Positions 35,886 through 47,000 of a stretch of DNA of 64,000 bases are shown here, one piece after another. The notes under the pieces are model-generated. The model was not told the DNA's origin and searched no databases. It saw only the letters and a program-made list of their open reading frames with translations. The stretch covers positions 64,666,001-64,730,000 of the forward strand of contig OY740782.1 of the NCBI GenBank assembly GCA_963514005.1, written 5' to 3'. The position numbers were made by a program, and so were the translations under genes. The DNA is from Raja brachyura. Taxonomy: Eukaryota. Within the stretch, counting starts at the first letter, position 1. Each line of letters opens with the position of its first letter.

Positions 35886-35992
35886 ATGGATGACATCCAT
35901 GGCATTAACTTTGACCAAAATGAAGCCACAGCTACCAAAAGGAAAAACATTGCTGAAGCAGAGAATGTAATAATCTATCATGAACGAACTAG
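35886..35992 (+). CDS. Candidate first coding exon (MDDIHGINFDQNEATATKRKNIAEAENVIIYHERT, phase 2); product not recognised
   Basis: ATGG start, open for 35 codons to donor TAG|GTAATG; unique sequence; no homology recognised. Confidence 0.27.
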
Positions 35993-36404
35993 GTAATGTA
36001 AATCATTGAGTAGACTTGATGCTAGCATCACCTGTCTAATCATATATAATCTTATTAGATATGAAATGTTGATATTATATCCCATGCATTTCACTCGGTA
36101 CACATGACAATAATAAACTTAATGCAACTAAACTAAATTAAATAGTGCAGAAACTCCTGGAAACTCAGGTCTTTGGAAAGCTTAATTTATATGTTTTCCT
36201 GCACTTCTCCATTGATTTCTTCTCACTGAAAAAAACCAGACAGCTCACCATCATAAATATTACAATTGTGTTTATTCTGAACAAGAGCTTGAGAAATATT
36301 GAGTATAATCAATAAATTCATACATTCACAATAATTGGCAGATCCATTATTTTACCTGTTATACGTGAAAAGTATGATGATGACTGTGTGCACCATGCAG
36401 GTAG

Positions 36405-36782
36405 GTAGCATGGAGGACTCTCTCGAACTTCTACAGGTGCACAGTAGAGAGCATGCTGACCAGTTGCATCATGGCTTGGTTTGACAACTAAGGAGTGTCC
36501 AGGAGCGGAAAATAATGCAGAAAGTTGTGACCACTGCCCAGTCCATCATCGGCTCTGACCTCCCCATCATTGAAGGGACCTATCGCAGTCGCTGCCTCAA
36601 AAAGGCTGCCAACATCATCAAGGAACCACACCATCCTGGCCACGCACTCATCTCTCCGCTGCCATCAGGTAGAAGGTACAGGAGCCTGAAATCTGGTATA
36701 TCCAGGTTCAGGAACACCTACTTCCCCACAGCCATCAGGCTATTAAACACGACATCAAACAAACTCTGAACTATAACAGCCT
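36405..36782 (+). mobile_element. Rex1/Babar-type LINE 3' fragment interrupted by DIRS; UTR continues at 39221-39360
   Basis: NFYRCTVESML, QKVVTTAQSIIG, RCLKKAANII..HPGH..LPSGRRYRSL..RFRNTYFPTAIRLLN. Confidence 0.9.
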
Positions 36783-39220
36783 ATTTTACTTCGGAGTCAC
36801 ATGAGTGACTACGTGAGGACCCCGCCAGCACGCATGCGCGACATATCATCTACCGCATTGCGCATCGACAGGCTGTGGAAGCGCTGTTCCACCAGCGGTA
36901 AGTTTGAAACCTGAAGTTTTTTCAACTTAACTCCCGGTCTGTTTTTCTCCTAGAGTTCCTGCTGGAGATATCGCGGATTCCCCTACAGCGGGGAAATCCC
37001 AGCTGTGAGAATTGCGGGGATGCCCAGCTGTGAGGGAAACCCCACCACAGACTTCGCAGGGAATTCCGTCTCCAGGGACCGTGAGGAAATCCCGGCTATG
37101 GTAAACCGGGACAACAAGAGGAATCAAGCCGCGGGGTGAACCCGGCTCGGGGAAACCCGGCTGCGGGGACCTCGGAGAAGCCAAACGCGGGTTGAACCCA
37201 GCTCGTGGGGGGGGGAAAAACCTGGCCGCGGGGACCGCGGGGAAGGCAAGCAGTGGGATGAACCCGGCTCGGGGAACCCGGCAGCGGGGACCACGGGGAA
37301 GACATGGCTGCGGACCGCAGAAGTGCGGATGGCCGGCGGCATTTTTCAGACTCCAGAGACCCAGAGAGGTTCCGCGGTGGTTCCCCAGAAAGGGGGTATA
37401 ACCAAGAGTAAGATGGATAGGAACCGCGGTGGCTCCCCAGAAAGGACAACGGAGTCTGAAAGGCCTGGGCAGGCCAGGAGGATCCCCTCCGACATGGGAA
37501 CGTCCTTGGACGTTTACCCATGTGCAGCATGAATAGCGTCAGAGAGGGCTCATCCCACTAATGCTCCATCCTGATATGGTCCATGGAATGGCATATCAGG
37601 AGAAATATACTGCCGACGGATAAGCCCAGAGACCCGGCAGGGTCCAGGCTGCGAATATACCGCCAGCGGATAAGCCCGTAGACTCGGCAGGGTTCGGGCT
37701 GGAAGGTCCCGCTTCAGGCATTTTCGTAGTGCCTGACTGGCCTATACAGCCATGATTCCCGTTGATGTTGGGAATGATGATATAACCTTATATGGTTATT
37801 TCCAGGCACAAAATTGCTGGTTAGCCATGACTGGGAAAACCACCCTCTGCATTCATAAATCAATTAATTGACTTGCAGACTGGGAAGACCGTTCCTGCGG
37901 CTAGGATTGTTAAACCAAACTATGGACGTGCTCACTGCAATTGCAGGGACACACCAAATAAGCAGTACTTCCCTCATAAGACATGGGAAGTATTTTGTTA
38001 TTACATATGTTGACACGGATAACGGACATCTTGAAGTTCAGTTCTATCTGGGGTTTGACAATCATTAATAGAGTGCCATTTACTGTGCCGCACATGCCTT
38101 CACAGCATATTGGCTGCGAGGAGCAGAATCCACTCTGTCGGGTCTCACCTTCTGATATCTAGATTATGAAGGGTATCTTCAACTCGACATTCCCCAGGCC
38201 AGGTACGCAGAGATATGGGATGTTAACATTGGAAAATCCCTGTCCTTGGCTCACTAACCAAATGGTTATGCTCATGGCGCTGATTCAGCACAACAGGTCC
38301 AGTTTTTGCATAGCTGTGACTGGACAATATGATTATTCTGCAGATAAATTACATTTATGTTATGACTTAATTAGCAGAATACACCAGGGACATTAGGTCT
38401 CAAACTAGAATTGTTGGCATATCCCATGGACCTTCGGTTGTGTGTGGCCACACATCTACACCAGTATGTAAGGTCACTAGAGCCTTAGAGACTCTGAACT
38501 AGCTATGATTGTTAGTCACATGAAGCCTCATAAGAAAATATCACTACAGACCACCTCCAGGTGGTTAATATGGGTTCTGGGATACAGGAGTGAACATTGA
38601 CATACAAGTTTCACTCCACCCAGGCTGCAACTATCTCAGCAGTAGGGGATGGACGTTTCGCGGGATCATATCCTGGCGGCTGCAGGATGGTCCAACGAAC
38701 GATCTTCCAAACATTTTAGAAATACCCTTTGCCAGACCGGGGGGTAATGGCCAACTCTATTTTAGGTCTGTGTTATAGTTCCTCCCGGTTGAGGGAGGTT
38801 ACTGTTATCATTATTTGTCCATTAATAGCATCAACATGTCTATACCTACGTCATGTCTGAATGCATTATTAAAATTCACTCTTCACTGATGCAGTGTGTG
38901 ATGCATGGACTCATCTCTACGGCATGAAATCACAAAGCTTTGAAATCTTCACGTAGTCACTCACGTGATCTTTATTTTATGAGGAGTTACGTTGAGGCAT
39001 TACGTGCCCTCCGCTCCCAACCCCCAAGGTCAACTGGTATTTTTGTTCTCTTATCTTACTATATATTTAGCCAACTTCGGTTATCTGTGATTTCACACCG
39101 CTGCTTTGAAGAATGTCGCGCATGCGTGCTGGCGGGGTCTTCACGTAATCCCTCAACGTAAGGCCTCATAAAATAAATATCAAACTTCAAACTGGTAAGG
39201 TCTCATTTATTCTTACTATT
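36783..39220 (+). mobile_element. Internally deleted, decayed DIRS element
   Basis: ITR core ~36809-36844 / 39113-39147 homologous to the first DIRS; partial ICR 38947-39006; remnants SGIFVVPDWPIQP, RPFLRLGL, MKGIFNS, MVMLMAL, HST; ATT at both ends. Confidence 0.9.
37125..37320 (+). repeat. GC-rich imperfect tandem repeat (~60-bp period) inside the DIRS derivative
   Basis: Three copies of gggNtgaacccRgctcg..ggaa.cc.gg..gcgggga.c; a second ~50-bp duplication at ~37603-37701. Confidence 0.75.
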
Positions 39221-39364
39221 GCACTTTATCTGTTTATTTATGTGTAAATGTATATGGTCTATGCTATATAGACACACTGAACTGTTCTGTATTTATGCTT
39301 ACGATATTCTGTTGTGTTGAAGCAAAGCAAGAATTTTATTGTCCTATCTTGGACACAAGACTAT

Positions 39365-39525
39365 GTGTCCCACACTAAATGATGTACAGGTTTGTCCGTT
39401 AATTGGCTTTGGCAAGTTGTAAAATTGATCCTAGTGTGTGTCGGTAAGTGTACGGGGTGGTTGTGGTCAGCATGGACTCAGTGAGCCAAAGGGCCTGTTT
39501 CCACACTGTTTCTCTAAAATCTAAA
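39365..39525 (+). mobile_element. V-SINE 3' half
   Basis: tcccacac..aaatgatgtacaggtttg..aaagggcctgtttccacactg. Confidence 0.7.
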
Positions 39526-39687
39526 GTAACATCTAATATAGCCTTATTTTATTCAAGTCTCTCCATTTATTCTCCAGTTCTGGCAACATCCTTGTCGATC
39601 TCCTTGGTAGGCTTTCTAATGCTATTACATCCTTCCATACTGCGAATAATGAGAGATTTATAAACCATGTTGATGAGAGGAGGGAGT

Positions 39688-39800
39688 TTAAGAAGGAGCT
39701 GCAAATGCTGGAAAATCGAAGGTAGACAAAAATGCTGTAGAAACTCAGGGGGTGAGACAGCATCTATGGAGCAAAGGAAATAGGCAACGTTTCGGGTCAA
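39688..39800 (-). mobile_element. Penelope pLTR with tail
   Basis: aagaaggagctgcaaatgctgg..gtagacaaaaatgctg..cagcatctatggagc..aacgtttcggg. Confidence 0.78.
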
Positions 39801-40487
39801 GACTCATTTAATCCAAGTATTTTAAACTGATGTGATTTCTAGATTACCAAATAAACTTGCCCATTACACAAACAATATTCTGCATGTGAGTACCTTCTGC
39901 ATACAAAGAGGATTGAGATGAGCAGAAGTTTTTTATATCTTCAGGGATACGAATCCTTCGTAGGGCAATAGATAGGCAGTCATTAAGTATATTCAAGGTT
40001 TGGAGTTTTAGGTCCAAAGGAATAATAGTTGAGGCGATGCAGCCACAAAGTGGAAGTTAGCTAACGGATCAGCCTTGTTTTTATTGAATAGCAGATGAGG
40101 CTCTGCCTCGCAGCCTAAAAATGCTTCTGTATCCTAAGTTTTAAGTTTTAAAAGGTACGCTGAAGATAATCACCCAAGGAACATTTTTTTTTCCCAGTAT
40201 CATGTTAGGAGTTTGTAAATTGTCCTTGGAATCTTCTCCAATGTTATTTCATTGCCTGTAGAGTAAATTTTGAATGGGCATAAATTAAAAGAGAAACAAA
40301 AACACAAATATCCTATTCAAATATCCACAAATTTCTGTATGGCTTGAGGGGCATTTCGAAAAGCAAGACCTCCAATTTTTCAATGCCACTCAAACAATGA
40401 AGTGAACCAATGTAAATATTTTATCACAACAGATAGGGTTTGCAACTCAGAGTTCTATGATTTGGATTGTGACAATATTTTAATTTA

Positions 40488-40988
40488 ATTTAGAGATATA
40501 GTTTAGCAACAGGCTCTTCTGCCCACCGAGTCCACACTGACCAATGACCATCCAGACACTAGGCCTTGCGCACACAGTAGGGATAATTTACAGAACCTAA
40601 TTAACCTACATATCTGGGGTTACACAAGAAGCTGGAGAAACTCAGCGGGTGCAGCAGCATCTAAGGAGCGAAGGAGATAGGCGACGTTTCGGGTCTCGAC
40701 CCGAAACGTCGCCTATCTCCTTCGCTCCTTAGATGCTGCTGCACCCGCTGAGTTTCTCCAGCTTCTTGTGTAACCCTCGATTCTCCAGCATCTGCAGTTC
40801 CTTCTTTAATAACCTACATATCTGCATGTCTTGGGAATGTGGGAGGAAACCGGAACACCCGGAGAAAACCTATGCGCTCACAGGGAGAACGCGAAAGCTC
40901 CGCACAGACAACACCCGAGGTCAGTATCAAACTCGGGTCTCTGGTGCTGTAAGTTAGCAACTCTACAGCTGCACGACTGTGCTGCCCC
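40488..40988 (-). mobile_element. V-SINE interrupted by a Penelope palindrome
   Basis: tgtgggaggaaaccggaacacccggagaaaacc core; head at the right, tail at the left. Confidence 0.85.
40617..40809 (+). mobile_element. Penelope-derived fold-back mini-element with a 160-bp palindrome
   Basis: 79-bp perfect arms around a 2-nt spacer (40696-40697); tail; 15-bp duplication taacctacatatctg at 40602-40616 / 40810-40824. Confidence 0.93.
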
Positions 40989-41132
40989 ATATTTTATTTC
41001 ACTTTATCAGGATCTTCAGAGAACAATGGAGGAGATCATTAACTGTTCAACCCCCTGAGTAGGTGTCATTGTGCTATTACAATGAATTCAGTCGGTCTCA
41101 GTGGGATTGCTGTTTCTGGGTCAGAAGACTGA

Positions 41133-41988
41133 TGCGCCTGTCTCACTTAGGCAATTGCAGGAGACTATGCAGTCACCACATGCTCGCCACATATTTGCGG
41201 GCGGTTTGCCGAGGAATGATCGTGGAGTTCCCACATCCTGTGAACTAGTGGTGGGCTCATTATAGTTGCCACAAAATTTTCAACATGTTGAAAAATTAGC
41301 GCCGACTAGAATGAAGCTGCCATGGAGGGTAGCAAGATTTCTCGTGCCGAGGGTGGGTCACCAGGAGGTCAAAGGGTCTCTTAGGTTCCCGTAGGTTGTA
41401 GCCGGTGCTGACCAGTGAATTTCATTGGCTCATTGGGAAAGAAAAACGTAAGCAAAAAACCAAAGATAACCGACCGGTAATGTTGAATGTCCGCTGAGCT
41501 TCACAGCCGTGTATCTCTGGCTTCTTAAAAGTTGTCTCCACTCCTTCTCCCCCATTCTTACCCCTTTCTCTCCCCTGTCCCCCCTCCCCCTCTTTTAAAG
41601 ACTTAACGTACACTGTGCTATAGCCGTCTTAATTACAACGCCAACCTTCCAGTTTATCGCGGTGTGTGTCTGTATCACATTGGCTTTGCACGTGAATTTT
41701 ACTCAGACAACGCTCCCCCGCTTGCCCTGTCCCCCGCCTGCATAATGNNNNNNNNNNNNNNNNNNNNNNNNNNNNNNNNNNNNNNNNNNNNNNNNNNNNN
41801 NNNNNNNNNNNNNNNNNNNNNNNNNNNNNNNNNNNNNNNNNNNNNNNNNNNNNNNNNNNNNNNNNNNNNNNNNNNNNNNNNNNNNNNNNNNNNNNNNNNN
41901 NNNNNNNNNNNTTCCAGTTGCCGGTTTTACAGGCGACTGCCGGCAACTTGACAGTCGCCTGAAAAATCGCCTAAGTGGGACAGGCCCA
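41133..41988. mobile_element. Non-autonomous DNA transposon (PIF/Harbinger-like MITE)
   Basis: ~24-bp TIRs tgcgcctgtctcacttaggcaatt / aatcgcctaagtgggacaggccca (3 mismatches); flanks TGA / TTA, compatible with a decayed TWA duplication. Confidence 0.72.
41748..41911. other. Assembly gap (164 N)
   Basis: Run of n. Confidence 1.
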
Positions 41989-42857
41989 TTAGGGTTCAAG
42001 TCTCATTTACAATTTTTACAATAATGCCATATTTCTCTTATGACAATGACCTCGAAGACAATTTTGTTGACTGTAAATGATGCTGGACTAGTGAAAGGTT
42101 CAATATTAATGCAAGTTTGTCATTTTTTAATTTCAATTACTTTTCCATAATTTAACTTTAAGTTCAAATTGAGAAGATCAGTGAGTTACAAGGTGTCAGT
42201 CACCTACAGAGGACATTCCAAACTATCATGAGGGATTTTGAGCTTGACTTGAATCGGTTATGAAAACTAATTGTAAGTCAGATACAAAATCACATATACA
42301 ATCTTGTTATTAACCTATTTAACACATCATTTTCTGTGATGCATTCATGCAGAGAAGGCAGTGGTTATATATAAGCAGTGGGCATGCACAATTTTGCCAT
42401 TGAAATTGTATGGTACAATATCATTACATAGCCCACACAAATCACTTAAGAACAGTATCATTTGTAATAAGGAAAATATTTGCTTGCTTGTTATATTAAT
42501 AACACGGAGGGGGGTTTAATTGACCAAATGTACATTGATGTGGTGGATCATCATAAGAAAGTAACATAACTAAAATCTGCTATAACTTTGAAGCTTCTAA
42601 TTCTTCCATTAAGAATTAAGCTATTTTATTGTCACATACAGAATGTGAATCTTATTGTGCTCACTGCGATATTGCAATAAAACAAGGCAAACTATATGTA
42701 ATTGTCAATCAAACACCCTATTTCAAAGAAGAGCAGGGTTACAAAGAAGTGTCATGCATTGGTTCATAATTTAATAACGTTCAACCCTACAGATTTTGGG
42801 CAACTAAGTACCTGATGAGGTGTACCTTTTGCTGGGCATTCTTAGAACCATAAAGCT

Positions 42858-43267
42858 CCCTGAGCAAGTCCTAGCCTTGGACAGGGAATCCTGTTCAAGT
42901 GCCCTCCATTATTTATTTAGCAAATCCATCCTCTAGACACTACTGAATACACCCCGCACTGAGCCCATCAGTCCCATTCCACCTCAGTTGAGGCCCTCAT
43001 CTGGCCTGGTCCCTGTGGCTGAGGTCCCAATCTGGTTCTCTCTGAGCAGTTGTCTCCCACCTTTTCCCTCAACTGCAGTCCCGGACCTTTGCTTAAAGCA
43101 CCACAATTTGTAATGGATGGAGGATTGCACTGAGACCTATTCAGTGCTGCCTCATGCAATGAGTCGTGGGCATTACTGAAGTTAACAAACCACAACAGTC
43201 ACTAGTGTACCTAGTGAACTTTAGGCTTTTTTTCCCAGCCCCAATGAATTTCAAAACCACACCATTT

Positions 43268-43271
<4 letters not shown>
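42858..43271. repeat. ~413-bp unclassified repeat, copy 1
   Basis: Colinear, high-identity direct match to 50661-51073. Confidence 0.9.

Positions 43272-43300
<29 letters not shown>
43271..43300. repeat. (AG)15 microsatellite
   Basis: Direct reading. Confidence 0.95.
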
Positions 43301-43304
<4 letters not shown>

Positions 43305-43808
43305 CAACGCACATACACGTTTCACAAACTAACAAAAATATGCATAAATAAACTTTTGATAAACTAACAAAAATAAACATACTTAAATTTTTTAAATACA
43401 TATAACATCCCTAAAACGTGGGTGAATGAGGGACTGTACCTGTATGCCAGGAAGCCCGTGCTCGACCGCCGGAGCCCTTAATGACCGTCGTATATCCTTT
43501 TAAATCTTTCCCATCCACCAATACACCAAAAATTCAAATGGTAATTGTACCCGAATCAGACAGTTTTAATAAATTCTCCCGTAAATTTTATTCAAAGGAG
43601 CGCCGCGTCAGTAATACTTGAAGGTACTCAAAACACAAATATATTTACTGAGGAATGCATATCGATGTATTGGTGACATTTTGTATAACAGATTAACATC
43701 ACGAGATGTCGCTAACACAAAAATGACTCAAAAATGTATTTACACATAAGTAACCTATTTATCACTATTTCTCTCGGAACCCCTAGTGACCTCTTGCAGA
43801 ACCCTAAT

Positions 43809-44058
43809 AGAACATAGAAACATAGAAACATAGAAAATAGGTGCAGGAGTAGGCCATTCGGCCCTTCGAGCCTGCACCGCCATTCAATGTGATCATGGCT
43901 GATCATCCAACTCAGTATCCCGTACCTGCCTTCTCTCCATACCCCCTGATCCCTTTAGCCACAAGTGCCACATCTAACGCCCTCTTAAATATAGCCAATG
44001 AACTGGCCTCAACTACCTTCTGTGGCAGAGAATTCCAGAGACTCACCACTCTCACCAC
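43809..44058 (-). mobile_element. CR1 3' terminus, inverted relative to the adjacent long CR1
   Basis: (catagaaa)n tail and reverse complement of ~49085-49328. Confidence 0.92.
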
Positions 44059-44097
44059 TAATGTTGCTGGAACCCCGGTTGAGAATCGCAGGTCAAG

Positions 44098-47000
44098 AGA
44101 GTCATGATATTAGAAATGCATGCAACAAAGGTAAAACAGTTATAATGGGTGACTTCAATCTACATATAGATTGGGTGAATCAAATTGGCAGGGGTGCTGA
44201 GGAAGAGGATTTCTTGGAATGTATGCGGGATAGTTTTGTAAACCAACATGTAGAGGAACCAACGAGAGAGCAGGCTATTATAGACTGGGTACTGAGTAAT
44301 GAGGAAGGTTTAGTTAGCAGTCTTGTTGTGCGTGGCCCCTTGGGCAAGAGTGACCATAATATGGTTGAGTTCTTCATTAGGATGGAGAGTGACATTGTTA
44401 ATTCAGAAACAAGGGTTCTGAACTTAAAGAAAGGTAACTTTCAGGGTATGAGACGTGAATTGGCCAAGATAGACTGGCAAGTGATTCTTAAAGGGTTGAC
44501 GGTGGATATGCAATGGAAGGCATTTAAAGACTGCATGGATGAACTACAACAATTGTTCATCCCAGTTTGGCAAAAGAATAAATCAGGGAAGGTAGTGCAT
44601 CTGTGGATAACAAGGGAAATCAGGGATAGTATCAAAGCAAAAGATGAAGCGTACAAATTTGCCAGAAAAAGCAGCCTACCAGAGGGCTGGGAGAAATTCA
44701 GAGTCCAGCAGAGGAGGACAAAGGGCTTAATTAGGAAAGGGAAAATAGATTATGAAAGAAAACTGTCAGGGAACATAAAAACGGACTGCAAATGTTTTTA
44801 TAGATATGTGAAGAGAAAAAGGTTAGTTAAAACAAATGTAGGTCCCTTGCGGTCAGAAATTGTGAATTGATCATGGGGAACAAGGACATGGCAGACCAAT
44901 TGAATAACTAAATAATTGAATAATTGAATAACTCCCACCACTCGGGTTTTGACGGCACTGGGTCCTAGTGCCCGTCTCCCCAACCCAGGTAACCTCAGTG
45001 GCTATTCCACTGGGTCTTCCCCATCCCCCTCCTACTATGTAACCCCTGCTCTTCCCCACCCACACCACAGCCCCCATACCCCCCCACCCCCTGACCACCC
45101 TCCACCCCCCCAGCACACAACGCTTCATCCTCAATCCACTCACCTGCCTTCCTCCGGCCACAGCCCCCATCCTTGCCGCGTGTTCACAATCCCCCCCGGA
45201 CCTCCCCCTCTCCGACACCGAAAGGTCGGTCCTCAGCAGAGGTCTTACCTTTGTTCCCCTCCGTCCCCACCTTAATGAGTTCCACGCCCACCACGACTTG
45301 GAGCTCTTCTACCGTCGCCTCCGCCTCACAGTGTTCTTCCACGTGAAGAAGTCCTCGCCCCCCACTGATGATCCCTTTTCCTGTCTCCAATGAACCCCCT
45401 CCTCGTGGACCCCCCTCTCTTGGCTCTCCGGCTTTAGAACTCTTTATCCAGAACTGCCGTCCGGACATCAACCGCCTCGACTTCTCCACTCCCCTGTCTC
45501 ACTCCAATCTCTCCCCCCCCCGAACGTACTGCCATCGACTCACTCTGTAACAACCCAGACTGGGTTATCAAACCTGCCGACAAGGGAGGTGCCGAGGTAG
45601 ATAGGCGCGTCGATCTCTACAAAGCAGAGGCCACGCGCCAACTCTCGGACACCTCCTCCTACTTACCCCTGGACCATGACCCCACTGACGAGCACCAGGC
45701 CACCATCTCAAGCACCATAACCGACTTCATCAACTCTGGTTCCCTGCACCCCCGAGCCTCCAACCTCATCGTTTCCCAGCCCCGCACAGCCCGATTTTAC
45801 CTTCTCCCCAAAATCCACAAACCTGACTGCCCCGACAGACCTATTGTCTCTGCCTGTTCGTGCCCCACTGAACACATTTCCACATACCTTGACTCTATCC
45901 TATGCCCCTTGGTTAAATCCCTCCCCACCTATGTTCAAGACACCTCAGACACCCTCCGTCGGCTCCGCGCATTCTATTCTCCAGGCCCCCATCCTCTCAT
46001 CTTCACCATGGACGTCCAGTCACTCTACACCTCCATCCCCCACCAGGATGGTCTCAAAACCCTACGGTTCTTCCTCGACCAGAGGAGCAACCCATACCCA
46101 TCCACTGACACCCTCCTCTGCCTAGCGGAGCTGGTCCTTACCCTCAATAACTTCTCTTTTGACTCCTCCCATTTCCTCCAAACACAAGGCATAGCTATGG
46201 GCACATGTATGGGCCCAAGCTACGCTTGCCTCTTTGTCGGGTACGTCGAACATTCCTTGTTCTCGGCGTACCAGGGCCCCATCCCCGACCTCTACCTCCG
46301 TTACATCGATGACTGCTTTGGTGTCACCTCCTGCACCCACACACAACTGACTGACTTCATCCACTACACCACCAACTTCCATCCAGCACTCAAATACACT
46401 TGGACCATTTCCGACACTTCCCAACCATTCTTTGACCTCACCATCTCTATTGCAGGTGATGCACTCCTGACCGACATCCACTAAAAACCCACTGATTCCC
46501 ACAGCTACCTGGACTACTCTTCCTCCCACCCTGCTTCCTGTAAGGACTCCATCCCCTATTCCCAATTCCTCCGTTTATGCCGCTTCTGCTCCCAGGATGA
46601 GGTGTTCCACACCAGGTCATCACCAATGTCCTCATTCTTCAGAGAACGTGGATTCCCCTCCTCCACTATAGATGAGACTCGCACCAGGGTCTCCTCCATA
46701 CACCGCAACACTGCCCTCTCTCCCCATTCCCCCACTCGCAACAAGGGCAGAGTCCCCATGGTCCTCACCTTTCACCCCACCAGCTGGCACATACAACACG
46801 TAGTCCTCCGCCAGTTTCGCCACCTCCAACGTGACCCTACCACTCGCCACATCTTCCCATCTCCCCCCCATCTGCCTTCCGCAAAGACCGCTCCCTCCGC
46901 AACTCCCTTGTCAATTCTTCCCTTCCCTCCCGCTCCACTCCTTTCCCGGGCACTTTCCCTTGCAACTGCAAGAGATGCTACACTTGTCCCTTTACCTCCC

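Noticed and set aside
41629-41999. ORFs containing X runs
   Set aside because: Artefacts of translating through the N gap.
43998-44870. 290-aa ORF as a host endonuclease gene
   Set aside because: CR1 APE/linker fragment whose start lies in an inverted CR1 tail and spacer.
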